Positions 21,372 through 32,348 of a stretch of 64,000 bases of DNA are shown here, piece after piece. The stretch's first letter is position 1, and each line of letters opens with the position of its first letter. The translations under genes were made by a program, and so were the position numbers. A model generated the notes under the pieces. That model ran no database searches. It saw only the letters and a list, made by a program, of their open reading frames with translations, and was not told the origin of the DNA. The DNA is from a virus: IMG/VR virus record IMGVR_UViG_3300050500_000608, one strand, 5' to 3'.

Positions 21372-22321
21372 ACTTCAGCTATCTTTTTGAGTTTTAATTT
21401 CCGCTCCAGATCCAGGAGATCTTCCTGATGCGCATCATCGAGCAAATGCTCTACCAGTTCTTCCTTATCTTTAAACAATTCCAGCTCTCCCTCATAAACT
21501 TTTCCACCTTGTTTGAGCCGGTAAATATGGTGTGTGAATGCCATCTCTACTACATCCTTAACATACAACACATCATCTTTGAGATTTGCATACACTGAGA
21601 ACACTTTGATGGGATCTTGCCCTTTGAAAGGTCCGCTATCTGCGGATTGCTTCTTCAGGAATGTATCTACCATATTGTAGACAACTTCCTCACGGGTATC
21701 CTCGGTGACAGGTAGCCCCAGTAATCGGGCAACTTTACGACGCTTCTCCAGCGACCAACTATCAAACTTAATGATAGCATCATTGGAATTTTTCTTCTTA
21801 CGATAGAGTATCTCATTTTCCACATCCTCATCATTGATGAAGTATTGAGTGTCGTGAGGATACTCACCCCGCTCGTAAGCCTGCAGACTGGAAGCTATTG
21901 TTGGGTGTGCCTTTAACCAGCAGTAGGTGATATATTGTAAAGGAACATCGAGATTGAATATATTATCTCCGTCGATCAGCTTTACAGGTTCCACCTTCTT
22001 ATGTGAACCTTTGGACGTATAGTTGTAGTATGGTGACATTGGAGACAGATCAAGACCACTTTCATACTCCAGTTTCTTTCTAAGTTCTATGATCCTATTC
22101 CTCTCGATGTCCCTCATTTTAGTATCAGTGATTCTATCGAGGTATTTGGCATCTGGATCAAGTCCTGTCCTGTACTTACCATTGAGCTCCCTATAAGGAA
22201 AGATCATCTTTACTGTACCAGGGATCCTACTCATTCCTTTCTCTCTCAGAGATTTCTCCATGGTCGGAAAGGCTGAACTAAAGTCCTTCGGTATCACGCT
22301 GATTTTACCGATTCTACCCAT
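21368..22321 (-). CDS. Conserved Crassvirales protein (first gene after MCP)
   Basis: 317 aa with KYRTGLDPDA motif; synteny. Confidence 0.6.
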   Translation of the reverse strand: MGRIGKISVIPKDFSSAFPTMEKSLREKGMSRIPGTVKMIFPYRELNGKYRTGLDPDAKYLDRITDTKMRDIERNRIIELRKKLEYESGLDLSPMSPYYNYTSKGSHKKVEPVKLIDGDNIFNLDVPLQYITYCWLKAHPTIASSLQAYERGEYPHDTQYFINDEDVENEILYRKKKNSNDAIIKFDSWSLEKRRKVARLLGLPVTEDTREEVVYNMVDTFLKKQSADSGPFKGQDPIKVFSVYANLKDDVLYVKDVVEMAFTHHIYRLKQGGKVYEGELELFKDKEELVEHLLDDAHQEDLLDLERKLKLKKIAEV

Positions 22322-22430
22322 TATTTAGTTGTTTTGTGCCCCTCAGCATGGTTGCGAGCCAATAGGTCTTTCACCCTGAGGGATGAAGAGACGGACAGCT
22401 TTCAATCAGTCCTCCTCCTCGTTTTGTATC

Positions 22431-23975
22431 TTAGAACTGAGGTACTTCCTCAATTACAACACATCTTGAAAGGTCTTCGATGAACACGTCGTAGCGGTCA
22501 TCCATGAAGATGGTATAACCATCAAACATGTTGGCAGCTGAGTGTCCCTGAGAGCGGAAAGCGCCCAGGTGATGACGACGACCATCAATATAACCCCAGG
22601 TCATTGATGGACGACCTTGCATGCGCACTTCACGAATGTTGTTGCGCAGCGTGCCATCTCCTTCTGGAGATACATCAAATACCAGGAAGAGTGGAGTTGA
22701 TTTCTTGTTCTGGCCAAACTCCAGGTTAGATTGTGGCAGATCCAGTTCTTTTAAGTGAACCAGCTCTATTCTACCAGTCTCACGAGTTACCATCGAGCTG
22801 AAGGCATAGTTCAAGGTAAGCTTCTGCTCTGCACCCTGAATAAAGCGTTCGTCAGCTATAATGGTCAGACCTGAGTTTAATGCGTCTTCCTTCAGAGCCT
22901 GATCGAATACATCGAAGCCAGCCTCATTGGTATAAATCTTCACACGACGATCCTTCACATCTACCCTACGATAGAACAAGTCTCCAAATACTGCACGTAG
23001 GATGTTGGTGGAGAACTCACCACGATTATATTGAACCAGGTTGCCATTATTGCGCATACGATAGTACACGCCAGCAGATACCTTTTTAATTTCTTGTTTG
23101 GCACCACGGGTACGCACTGTACCTGGCTTACCCCAGATCATCTTCTGTACCTTCAGATCCATCATCGCTTTACGCATCCAGAATTCGATAAAGGGTTCCC
23201 AACGGATGTCATGACGGGTGACTGGCTTCTCATTGCGCTTGCCATTAATATATACCATCAGATCCAAAGGCATACCATTGCTATTGCGTAGCATGCGGTC
23301 ATCTGCCCAACCAGTGATGGTGTGTTTGTAACCTACTGCAGATCCAAGTGATTCAAACATGGTAATCTTCTCAGCCATACGAGGCAGACCCAGCAGATCT
23401 TCGTCGAACTCACCGATAGAGGCATTCACCAGAGTATACTCTATACCTGCCTGCAAATATGTTGGATCCACAAACTCCGTCTTGGGGTTGTTGGATATAA
23501 GTGCAAGGGTATAGAGGAAACCACGATTGGCTGGCTGAGGATCCTTAAGTACAACAAACTGAGGACCATAGATTTTATGCGGGGTAATGATTGCGTTCTG
23601 GGTAAACTCGGCTGAGTCCATGATGATCCAGAACTCCTGACCATCTATACCAGGAGTGGTAAGATTGACGGTTTGAGTAGGAATCTCAGTAATCTTGGGG
23701 AATTTATAAGGTACTTCGATATCCCATTTCCACGCGTCTGAATTAGTGTTGATATAGAACGGTGTGGACTTGTTAATCATATCCAGAAAATCATTCGCAT
23801 ATAGCGAGCTCTGGGTATAAATGGATATGATCTTCTTGTCATAATCCGCCGGGTCTGTGGTGTGAAAGCTTTCCAGGTGGTTAGTGTCCGTAAGCTTACC
23901 GACAGCGCGTTTGTCCATCGAGGCAACTCGGGCATACGCAAACCCAGTAAATCCAGGTATTGTTTGTAAGGCCAT
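22431..23975 (-). CDS. Major capsid protein (Crassvirales type)
   Basis: 514 aa, two genes after the portal; LTDTNHLESF N-terminal region typical of crAss-like MCPs. Confidence 0.85.
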   Translation of the reverse strand: MALQTIPGFTGFAYARVASMDKRAVGKLTDTNHLESFHTTDPADYDKKIISIYTQSSLYANDFLDMINKSTPFYINTNSDAWKWDIEVPYKFPKITEIPTQTVNLTTPGIDGQEFWIIMDSAEFTQNAIITPHKIYGPQFVVLKDPQPANRGFLYTLALISNNPKTEFVDPTYLQAGIEYTLVNASIGEFDEDLLGLPRMAEKITMFESLGSAVGYKHTITGWADDRMLRNSNGMPLDLMVYINGKRNEKPVTRHDIRWEPFIEFWMRKAMMDLKVQKMIWGKPGTVRTRGAKQEIKKVSAGVYYRMRNNGNLVQYNRGEFSTNILRAVFGDLFYRRVDVKDRRVKIYTNEAGFDVFDQALKEDALNSGLTIIADERFIQGAEQKLTLNYAFSSMVTRETGRIELVHLKELDLPQSNLEFGQNKKSTPLFLVFDVSPEGDGTLRNNIREVRMQGRPSMTWGYIDGRRHHLGAFRSQGHSAANMFDGYTIFMDDRYDVFIEDLSRCVVIEEVPQF

Positions 23976-23999
23976 TTTACTTTACAGTTTTTGTTTATC

Positions 24000-25316
24000 T
24001 TATGATTGGAACCAACTCTTTGGCTCCGAATTTTTCTTTGGCTGATCTCCTGATTTTATGGCGGTTCTTTTCAATCCCTTGAATAGCTCGTTGGTTTCTT
24101 TGCTTACAGCTTTTTTAGCAAGCTTAGATAGTGTCGGATCTTCTCTGAGAAGCTGCATGAGCATAGCAAGTTTGATCTTCATCTCGTGATTCTCCGGGCG
24201 ATTCAGATCCAGAATATCCTTGTCGAACTCAGTTAGTGTCTGTCGATCCTTCGTTTCATAACGCTCCTGAGTAATATATGCATAAGTACGTTCTGCAAAG
24301 TTTTTGTCTATGGGTATACCATCAAACTCCTTGGTACGTATCTTATCATTGAGTATTCTGGAGACATTGGTGATGTACTCACTACGGATCATCTGTTTGC
24401 GTTTATTCTCCTGATCCTTATTAGCTTCAGCTTCCTGGACAGCTTGTTCCTCGCGTTGAACAAGGATACGCTGTGCTTCAGTAGCTTCATCAGCCAGATC
24501 ACTATAATTCTTGAGTTGAGTAATCCTTTTTTCAATATACTCAGTTGAGCGACCTTCTGTACGATAAAGTTCGCGCACCACTCTTTCCTGATTACCCTCA
24601 TCAGAAAGGTCAAGGTTCTTGACAGTTTCTATCTTGGCATAACGATTCAGGTAGTCGAGTGGGTTAACCCCTTTTACAAAAACACTGTTGAACATTTCTC
24701 TGTAATCATCTCCAAAACGTCCGAGGAACTTATTGATAACAGCGGTAGCATGTTTCTGACCTTCGTACTGAAATCTTTCCAGTAACTCCTCCGGAGTTTC
24801 TATCTGGACTTCCTCTTCTCCTTCATCCAGTGTGATTATACCATGAGTCACTAACTCTTTAGCGATTGTAGAATAGACAGATTCTTCCTCTTCTCCTTCG
24901 GTAGATTGTTCTTCGATCCCTTCCTCAGTTTTGTCTGGTGCAGACTCTAAGGTTTTTTGAGCTCCGACTTTCTTTTCCTTTTTCTCAACCGGCTTTTCCT
25001 CCTCTTCTTCCTCTTCATCTTCATTATCAGTAGTGAATGAGGTGAACATATCCTCCTCACTTAGCTCATTGGGTATAGCAACTGCCTCTTTAATAGGCTT
25101 CTTTTCCTTGATCTTTAACTTGTCTTCCTTGCTTTCGATTTCATCTTCAGATTCATCTTCGTCTTCTTCCTGCTTTTTCTTGGAGGATTTCTTTCGTGGG
25201 GCGAGTGTAATATCATCAGGATTAGAGTTCAGAAAATTTTCACCGGCAATGACTTCTTCTGTGGAAAGGATACCCAATTCTCCTGCGGAGAGGGCGAACT
25301 CCTGTCTTTCCGCCAT
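24000..25316 (-). CDS. Acidic scaffold-like protein between portal and MCP
   Basis: 438 aa, Glu/Asp-rich N-half, helical C-half; synteny. Confidence 0.6.
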   Translation of the reverse strand: MAERQEFALSAGELGILSTEEVIAGENFLNSNPDDITLAPRKKSSKKKQEEDEDESEDEIESKEDKLKIKEKKPIKEAVAIPNELSEEDMFTSFTTDNEDEEEEEEEKPVEKKEKKVGAQKTLESAPDKTEEGIEEQSTEGEEEESVYSTIAKELVTHGIITLDEGEEEVQIETPEELLERFQYEGQKHATAVINKFLGRFGDDYREMFNSVFVKGVNPLDYLNRYAKIETVKNLDLSDEGNQERVVRELYRTEGRSTEYIEKRITQLKNYSDLADEATEAQRILVQREEQAVQEAEANKDQENKRKQMIRSEYITNVSRILNDKIRTKEFDGIPIDKNFAERTYAYITQERYETKDRQTLTEFDKDILDLNRPENHEMKIKLAMLMQLLREDPTLSKLAKKAVSKETNELFKGLKRTAIKSGDQPKKNSEPKSWFQS

Positions 25317-25402
25317 ATTTAGTTGTTTTTGATATGCGTAAAATTATAGTTCGTCAGTGTGTTACGCGAGTGTTAAGTATGATTTTTTTGCTCAGTATAG
25401 CG

Positions 25403-27973
25403 TTATGTTTTCTTTTTGGTCTTGACTTGCTGCCTTTTGAGAGCTCTATCGGCCTTTTTGTCGGCCATCTGGGCACGTAGCTTCTCTTTCTCAAGTTGGA
25501 TCTTCCTAAGTTCAAGTGAGATATAATCCTGGTTCTCTCTCTGTTTCTGATCGAGCTGTTGGCGTTTCAATTCCAGTTCCCTATCAGCAGTAGCCTGATC
25601 TATACGTCTATCATCTATCTCAGAGAGAGTGGTAGAGTTGTCCGGAGTACGGTCAGCTCCTCTTGCTGCGGCACGGATAAGCTCAACCTCTCTGTCATTC
25701 ATACGATCAAGCTCTTTCTGCTGTGCTTCGAACTGGCGATCAATCTCCTGTTGTTGCATCTGTGCCTGTAGATTAGCCTCAGCTATAGCCTGCTGATTTT
25801 GCATTTCCTGCTGTTGCATTTGCATCTGTTGCTGTTGCATTGCCTCCATCTTATCTCTGAGACTCTTGAAGATCTGTCTCATCTGTCGTACAGAATTAGT
25901 GCTGTATAGTACAGAGATTTCATATGGTGTAGCACCATTCTGCAACATTGGTTGGGCAAGCTGACGGAATTCCTGGAACTCCTGTACATCCCTTGCGCGT
26001 GATGTAGCAAATACTTTGAGATCGCGCATGGAGATATCCTCTCCATTTACGCGTATGAAACCTTGTTCTCCTTCCGTATTTACATATGAGATAGTAGAAT
26101 ATGGTTTCTTGGTTTCTATATACTGCACTGCATCAAGCATTGCCTGATACAGATCATTCATGACATATTCGTGCTGTGCAAAATAGGGTTCTGTCTGAGC
26201 ATAGCTCTGAGAGAGCGCTGCATTGGTGCCTGTTGCAGTTTGTGTGGCAGCCACCCCACCCGTGCGCTCGCGCGTAATACCTACAAGCTCCCATGCCTCT
26301 ATCTTGAGTTGTTGAGCCAGTGTGTATCTGGATTGGATCTCACTGGTACGTGTAAGATCTACATTCTTAAACATATTAAAGTTGGAAGGACTCTTGAGAT
26401 TCTCTGGCGAATCATCAATCATAACAATACCACGTTTACGTGCTTCCAATTCCCAGATATCTAGCGCATCTTGTCCATCACCATCCTTTGGTGTTGGTAC
26501 GTGCCGGATAGATCCTTGGTATACATTACCAATTTCCTTTTCCAGGAGTTGGTACAATTGATTAAGGCAGATGTTATACAATACCTGGTAAGGTTTCAAC
26601 ATATCCACCAGGCTCTTTGCTTCATTAACGTTCTTGATTTCATGCACCACACCTATTATAGGACAGTGATCGAGCAGCTCGTAGGGTTCTACCTTGTATA
26701 CATCCGAACCAATTTTATATCCCTTGTACCACTGATTCACATAATTCCATTCGATAGATATTTCACCGGGTACCTTACGATAATTCTCATCCACCATTGT
26801 ACTGAACTCCTCACCACTCTCATCCACATATGTAAGTTGGCCCACTTTCTTTTTGCTCAGCCAATATGCCTGCACAACAACATATTTATTCCCGAACGTG
26901 TTGACATTCGAAGACAGACCAAGCCAATTGCCCAAAGAATCCGTATTCTCTTTCAGTTGAGATTCGATGAATAATCGTTGCTGAACTATATAAGGGGAGT
27001 AAGTATCATATTTGATCGAATCCCAACCACTGGTTGTAGGATTCTCGAAGTTGGACTCTCTCGGAGAGAAGAGCGAGAGCTCGCGCACACCTTTTCGCAG
27101 ATGATCTATTTCATCTTTAGTCAGATCAAAGCGCTCAATGATCTCAGATAGTTCCATTACATGTACTGTACCTGCAGCGAACGCATCCTTATGAATATAT
27201 TTTTTATCGGGAAGTGTAAGATACCATACGTTCTTTGGGTTCAGGTTCTCCACACCCAGACCAAGCTTGCTGTTATTTTCAAACACATGAGCGAATTCCC
27301 TGGAGCTTATCAACAGATCGCGCATGCAATCTTCAGATAACTCCTTCATGTTGAGTTCTACCTTCAAAGCTTCGATTACATGATTGCCCCACTTTTCAGC
27401 AGTAGAAGTGTAATCCGTAAGATATTCCTGAACCTGCTCCAGCGACATCTGTTGAAGTTGTTCCTCTTCCACCTCTTCTCCTGCCATCGCCAGTTTCGAT
27501 CTTATTTGCTGCATAGCATTTTCCAGGATGTAATTCTGCATTACCTCTGTCATATACTGCAGTTGTTCATTCTTGGATTCCTCATCCATGGCTTTTATCC
27601 TTACCTGATCGGGTCGCTTGGACAACTCACCGACCATTGTATTAAGTGGAGGGTTGAGTATTGGATAATGTTTTACATGTGGAGGCAGTTCGACTTCCTT
27701 GAGAAGTGTCTCTGCGAAAGATTGCATATCAGATGGGGCCTCTTCTATATAAAAATCTCTGGGTCCTATGATGCCCTTCACCAGATTATAGTTACGCACA
27801 AACGTATCTTTGGCCTTTATGAATTGTGAATAAGCTACATTGGCAAAGTAGTCCATATTGGACTTGACCCAGTTCTTGCCACGCTTCTCCTTTTCAGTAA
27901 CAAATTGATCCGGGTAGATATTCCACCTGGCCCAGTCCATATTCTGGTACTCCGAATGAATGATGATAGGCAT
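25403..27973 (-). CDS. Portal protein
   Basis: 856 aa directly after TerL, with a Gln-rich coiled-coil C-terminus as in Crassvirales portals. Confidence 0.85.
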   Translation of the reverse strand: MPIIIHSEYQNMDWARWNIYPDQFVTEKEKRGKNWVKSNMDYFANVAYSQFIKAKDTFVRNYNLVKGIIGPRDFYIEEAPSDMQSFAETLLKEVELPPHVKHYPILNPPLNTMVGELSKRPDQVRIKAMDEESKNEQLQYMTEVMQNYILENAMQQIRSKLAMAGEEVEEEQLQQMSLEQVQEYLTDYTSTAEKWGNHVIEALKVELNMKELSEDCMRDLLISSREFAHVFENNSKLGLGVENLNPKNVWYLTLPDKKYIHKDAFAAGTVHVMELSEIIERFDLTKDEIDHLRKGVRELSLFSPRESNFENPTTSGWDSIKYDTYSPYIVQQRLFIESQLKENTDSLGNWLGLSSNVNTFGNKYVVVQAYWLSKKKVGQLTYVDESGEEFSTMVDENYRKVPGEISIEWNYVNQWYKGYKIGSDVYKVEPYELLDHCPIIGVVHEIKNVNEAKSLVDMLKPYQVLYNICLNQLYQLLEKEIGNVYQGSIRHVPTPKDGDGQDALDIWELEARKRGIVMIDDSPENLKSPSNFNMFKNVDLTRTSEIQSRYTLAQQLKIEAWELVGITRERTGGVAATQTATGTNAALSQSYAQTEPYFAQHEYVMNDLYQAMLDAVQYIETKKPYSTISYVNTEGEQGFIRVNGEDISMRDLKVFATSRARDVQEFQEFRQLAQPMLQNGATPYEISVLYSTNSVRQMRQIFKSLRDKMEAMQQQQMQMQQQEMQNQQAIAEANLQAQMQQQEIDRQFEAQQKELDRMNDREVELIRAAARGADRTPDNSTTLSEIDDRRIDQATADRELELKRQQLDQKQRENQDYISLELRKIQLEKEKLRAQMADKKADRALKRQQVKTKKKT

Positions 27974-30066
27974 TATATAAAGAGTTTAGACCCATGTGAT
28001 TTCTTCATGGCGTTTGTCCTGGCAGACATATCTATCACCGATCGTGCTGTATTGCGCTTGTTACCGAAATATGCTTTTAACCTCGGATCTATCTTCGTAT
28101 CAGATACATAAAACTGCGCATTCAGGTGATCAGCCATTACTACTGCCAGTTCAGCTGCCACAAGCCGGTCAAAATTACCTTCGTCGAAGTTAAATCTAAT
28201 AATTTCTTCCAACAGCATGGAATCAAATACCTTGGTAATACCTAGAACTTCGCGTATGATAGATCCATTTTCATCCTTTTCGATGAGGATAGGCTCATCA
28301 AGATACTTTTTGAATAAGCCATCAAGATGCCTTCTCACCCTCTCTGAGGCACGTGAGATTCCGTAATCCCTATAAACTCTGGAGTTAGGTGAAACTTCTC
28401 TTAGCCATGAAGGTTGGGGAGCCAGGTAGATAGCTGCATCTCCTTTCTTGATCATATAGTCAATGAAACTATACTCATCGTTCTCTACTAATGTATACGC
28501 ATTGTAATACTTGATCAGCAGACGTGCCTGTTCATTCCATACTTCCTTGCTGCCAGGTCTGGCCACATAAGAAGCTACCAGCATATTTTGGTACTTCTCC
28601 CCCTGTATATCATGTATGCGCTTGAAGATATATACAGCACCTAATGACTCACTCCATTCAGAATTCTCCTGACGATAAGGGTCAACGCCAGCAGTATAAA
28701 GCCCAAATGGTGGAACCTCCTCTATCGGAAATTCCCAGATAACTACCGGAGCATCTGTATTCTGATCCTTAATTGGATATTGGGTAATGGGAACCTTATC
28801 CGTGAAGTCATGTCTTACCTTCTCACCATCGTGATATAACCATACAAGTTTGCCGGTCTTCTCCAGCCCTCTGAGTCTTGCTTGCTGAGAACGAGCCGCA
28901 TCTGTATTAAAATCATTCTTAGTGATAACTAAGAACGAATCGCTGGGATTGAGTGGCTGATATGCCTTGAATTTAAGAATGGTTTTCAGGTTACCGCTCT
29001 TGAGTGCTCGCTGATAGGCAGGTTCCCACCACTCTTTAAGAGCTCGTTCTTCATTAGCTACCCTGATCTTAACGTGGGATATTGCTCTTTCTTCTATACC
29101 GAGATATTCGGATAAAAACTTCTCTTCTTTAAAAGCCATCTTGGCCTTCAATGCATTAACAAATCTGCCTATCCTTCCCAACCCTTCGTAAGTATCCTGG
29201 AAACTTAGCATGTTATAAGAGTCCGGATTACGGAATATTTCAGCTGCTTCTGCGCCTACTTCCATGTCACCGCCTGTACCTGCCAGCATAGCCAGGCACG
29301 ATGGTTTCGAACTATCGCCTTCGCCTGACCACCAGGCACCTTCACTATCTTTTGTACATGCTATAACATTGGGGAAAGCCCCTATCTCATCTATCAGATG
29401 AAAGCCCGGACGGGTACCTTGAGCTGCCATCGTTTTTGACCCCATCTCGTAGTTACGAATTTTTATCGAAGACAAGGATGATTTATCAGAAGCGGTGTTG
29501 GTAGCCTTATCTTTCCAGCCTGCGGTGATCTCCCGTTTCCAGTCATTAGTAAGGCGCTGCTTCCGGAAGATGGGATGTATATTAATAAGACCATCTTCTA
29601 TTTTATCGGTGACCAGTTTAATGAATGTCCCCTCGCCTGAGCTGATCACTGCTTCGGACTTATCGAACATAGTATATAGCCATCCAGCACGGGAGGCAGC
29701 CATTACAGATTTTCCGAAGTCACGGGCCCCTACCAGGATATAGAATTTGCCCTGGTCTTCACAAGCAGTGAAGTCGCCGGCAATGTCCCATTCTATGTCT
29801 CTGAGAAATGGCGTACAGGTGACGCGTACTTTTCTGCTGGAGCGGGCATCTTCTATATAAGTAACTATCTTCCAGTATACAGTATGCCAATACAACCACC
29901 CGGAAACAGACACTTCGCCCAGCTTAAATCCATATTTTAGTCGGTCGGTTTCTTTGTTCCAATAAGCTTTGAAGGCACGCATCGCCCGGGCATCCTGTGG
30001 ATCGTACACCGGCTCTTTCTGGTTGGGGAACCAGATATTGACTGTGTCCTGCCTATACTCTTGCAT
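27973..30066 (-). CDS. terL: Terminase large subunit
   Basis: Walker A GARDFGKS, Walker B HLIDEIG, RNase H-like nuclease motifs AGVDPY and NFDR. Confidence 0.92.
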   Translation of the reverse strand: MQEYRQDTVNIWFPNQKEPVYDPQDARAMRAFKAYWNKETDRLKYGFKLGEVSVSGWLYWHTVYWKIVTYIEDARSSRKVRVTCTPFLRDIEWDIAGDFTACEDQGKFYILVGARDFGKSVMAASRAGWLYTMFDKSEAVISSGEGTFIKLVTDKIEDGLINIHPIFRKQRLTNDWKREITAGWKDKATNTASDKSSLSSIKIRNYEMGSKTMAAQGTRPGFHLIDEIGAFPNVIACTKDSEGAWWSGEGDSSKPSCLAMLAGTGGDMEVGAEAAEIFRNPDSYNMLSFQDTYEGLGRIGRFVNALKAKMAFKEEKFLSEYLGIEERAISHVKIRVANEERALKEWWEPAYQRALKSGNLKTILKFKAYQPLNPSDSFLVITKNDFNTDAARSQQARLRGLEKTGKLVWLYHDGEKVRHDFTDKVPITQYPIKDQNTDAPVVIWEFPIEEVPPFGLYTAGVDPYRQENSEWSESLGAVYIFKRIHDIQGEKYQNMLVASYVARPGSKEVWNEQARLLIKYYNAYTLVENDEYSFIDYMIKKGDAAIYLAPQPSWLREVSPNSRVYRDYGISRASERVRRHLDGLFKKYLDEPILIEKDENGSIIREVLGITKVFDSMLLEEIIRFNFDEGNFDRLVAAELAVVMADHLNAQFYVSDTKIDPRLKAYFGNKRNTARSVIDMSARTNAMKKSHGSKLFI

Positions 30067-30368
30067 CAGATATCTTTAGTTTCAAGAGGGGAAAGTTCGT
30101 GATTTCCACGAACAGTAGATTGCTTGGCCTCTTTCTTTTCACGCAGTTCGTCGATTGCTGCCAGGATATCTATATAGTCTTTCAGTGTATCCCGGATACA
30201 CTTGATTTGTTGCTCTATAGTTGCCGTCAGTTTACCTGCAGTTATTCTATCTCTGAGATCGGACACAGGATTTTCGTCGCAGTACTTTCGGAGTTCTGAT
30301 GCCTTGGCTTCGAGCCACTCCAGATCCTGACCTATATAACTATTCTTCTTCCTGGTAGCCATGAACAA
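30066..30368 (-). CDS. Conserved helical protein, terminase small subunit candidate
   Basis: 100 aa coupled to the terL start; assignment is positional only. Confidence 0.4.
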   Translation of the reverse strand: MFMATRKKNSYIGQDLEWLEAKASELRKYCDENPVSDLRDRITAGKLTATIEQQIKCIRDTLKDYIDILAAIDELREKKEAKQSTVRGNHELSPLETKDI

Positions 30369-30654
30369 TCATTTGTATTTCGTTATTGATAAATTCAGAA
30401 ACCCGCTTTTGAAACTTCGTGCGCACTTTGTGTGGTATATCTTCTCCAAGCTGAGCTTCAAAATAATGAACGAGTCCTCTGGTAGTATCCCAATTGGCAG
30501 ATGCTTTACACTTATACTCAGGTATCTCCTTCATTGAGAGGATCCTTTCTACATATTCCCGAACCCAATCGTGCTCTGCATAGATAGTATGTTGTATTGA
30601 TCTGCGCTCGTTCAGCCAATCGGGCGACGAGAATACATAATCCTCGTGAGTCAT
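30340..30654 (-). CDS. Hypothetical protein
   Basis: 104 aa, in operon. Confidence 0.55.
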   Translation of the reverse strand: MTHEDYVFSSPDWLNERRSIQHTIYAEHDWVREYVERILSMKEIPEYKCKASANWDTTRGLVHYFEAQLGEDIPHKVRTKFQKRVSEFINNEIQMIVHGYQEEE

Positions 30655-30667
30655 AACAGTCTTTTAG

Positions 30668-30856
30668 TTATATAAGATCACGGATATTCATATCCGTAAT
30701 TCTGAAAACAATCTTTTCCGGTTCTTCCACAGGGAAGATATGCAATGTCCGGGTTTCGTCATCAACAACAATATCTACCCGCTCATATTCGCTTTTCAGC
30801 TCTATGATGATCCTTTCCAAATCTTCTATCTTAACATCATTCACTCGTATTGTCAT
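30668..30856 (-). CDS. Hypothetical protein
   Basis: 62 aa, in operon. Confidence 0.5.
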   Translation of the reverse strand: MTIRVNDVKIEDLERIIIELKSEYERVDIVVDDETRTLHIFPVEEPEKIVFRITDMNIRDLI

Positions 30857-31154
30857 CTTCTTTGAGTTTTTCTTCCATCCGTCTCTCCTCTTCCTCTGAG
30901 AGAGTGGGCATCCATTTCTTAATGGGGCATTCGCAAGACATACATCTGGTCTTCAGCTCCAGATTACACCCACATATTGTACAATGAACATCTGGGCGGA
31001 AACTTTTATAATTGTTGAACTTTTTCTGGTGATCCGAGTTGTATGAACATCCCCTGCAAATGTTCAGTCTCTGCGTGGCTACTATCTCTACTGACTCCTT
31101 CACAAACAGACTGTTCCATGTTCCCTCCAGCAACCCCTTTATATCTAACTTCAT
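30837..31154 (-). CDS. Zn-binding Cys-rich protein
   Basis: CxxC...CxxCGC...CxCPxxKW pattern. Confidence 0.65.
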   Translation of the reverse strand: MKLDIKGLLEGTWNSLFVKESVEIVATQRLNICRGCSYNSDHQKKFNNYKSFRPDVHCTICGCNLELKTRCMSCECPIKKWMPTLSEEEERRMEEKLKEDDNTSE

Positions 31155-31485
31155 AATCCATTTTTGATCTTAGAAACTCAATCGTTTCTCTAATACTTTT
31201 GAGTTTGGCATTGCAGCTGCTGATCTTGAGCTCACTCATATCTGTCTCACGGTTAAGTCTATCCTCAATTTTCTTCTCCAGATCAATTAACCTTGCGATA
31301 TGTCTACGGCACTTTCCGGGAGAGGCATACCACTTACCGAACCAGGTCATTTCCATATTTCTTGAAGTGCGAGCAGCTCTGAGAATATCCTTGAACTGGA
31401 AACTCACAATCTTTCTGACTATCTCCTTATCCATTCCCAGATCAGTGGCCACCTTTTGCGTCAGCTCTTCATTAAATTTATCCAT
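31006..31485 (-). CDS. HU/IHF-like DNA-binding protein
   Basis: ELTQKVATDLGMDKEIVRKIV...MEMTWFGKWY resembles the HU helices plus the FG motif. Confidence 0.65.
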   Translation of the reverse strand: MDKFNEELTQKVATDLGMDKEIVRKIVSFQFKDILRAARTSRNMEMTWFGKWYASPGKCRRHIARLIDLEKKIEDRLNRETDMSELKISSCNAKLKSIRETIEFLRSKMDYEVRYKGVAGGNMEQSVCEGVSRDSSHAETEHLQGMFIQLGSPEKVQQL

Positions 31486-31798
31486 CTTCCAGGCTTATTT
31501 GCAAACTTATTTTATCCTCAAAGTTCAACTCCACTGCAGGGTTCACTCTCAAAAAGTCATCCTGCTTTATGAGCCACCCTCCTCTGAGAAGGCGTGACCT
31601 CATATTCCCAACACTGGCCTGCGAACTACGTGCCACCTTAATAAAATCTGTTATCGTCCCACCTGTTGCTATATGTGCAAGCAGGTCTATCTCCATCTTC
31701 CTTAAGCTACCCCCATTCAATACATTCAGTACTGTCAGATAAGTTACCGCTTTTTCCTTTGGAGTTTTATACTTCTTCCTGATCTTCTGTACCATCAT
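31478..31798 (-). CDS. Winged-helix DNA-binding protein
   Basis: SSQASVGNMRSRLLRGGWLIK recognition helix and wing pattern. Confidence 0.55.
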   Translation of the reverse strand: MMVQKIRKKYKTPKEKAVTYLTVLNVLNGGSLRKMEIDLLAHIATGGTITDFIKVARSSQASVGNMRSRLLRGGWLIKQDDFLRVNPAVELNFEDKISLQISLEDG

Positions 31799-31904
31799 TT
31801 AATCTATGAAGTTAATGCAAGATATTGAAAAACAAAACCCCCTGACTGGAAAGTCAGAGGGGGGTGGGTGTAAAAAGAAAGCTATATACTTTATGACCAG
31901 ATCG

Positions 31905-31932
31905 AAAAAAACCTCTGCCTTTAAGCAGAGGT
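31905..31932 (-). terminator. Intrinsic terminator
   Basis: ACCTCTGC/GCAGAGGT stem with an A7 run on the plus strand; a second hairpin lies at 31838-31864. Confidence 0.6.
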
Positions 31933-31946
31933 CTTACCTTAAAAAC

Positions 31947-32333
31947 CTATCTAACCGATGACATAAACTCATTTAACCTTTTCTCAAATTCCTGTTTCTT
32001 CCAACCACAAACAAACTCTCCATAATCCTGTGTACATATAATAGTCAAATCAAATCCATCTTGTTCAATATCTTCAACTGTCCTGTTCCTCGAAAATCCT
32101 TCATACCAATAAAGCCTGCCATTCTCAAAAATACTCCTATGTAACCTGGCCGTTCCAACAGCCCATTCGGGATCAGCCGGTACACCAGTCAATCTCTCCG
32201 TCTCCTCTGCCATCCTATAGTCAACTCCATTATATATCCTGATCGGGACTGCAAAAAATTCCTTCGTATACATCCTGCAAGATAATGATCCTTCTATTTT
32301 TCTCTGAGAGAAGTCGGAGATGGTTCGGATCAA
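31947..32333 (-). CDS. Hypothetical protein
   Basis: 128 aa ORF on the coding strand. Confidence 0.6.
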   Translation of the reverse strand: MIRTISDFSQRKIEGSLSCRMYTKEFFAVPIRIYNGVDYRMAEETERLTGVPADPEWAVGTARLHRSIFENGRLYWYEGFSRNRTVEDIEQDGFDLTIICTQDYGEFVCGWKKQEFEKRLNEFMSSVR

Positions 32334-32348
32334 ACTGTTCCATTCTAA

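Noticed and set aside
22431-30066. Introns or inteins in terL, portal and MCP
   Set aside because: The ORFs are uninterrupted and of ordinary length, with no intein or homing-endonuclease motifs seen.
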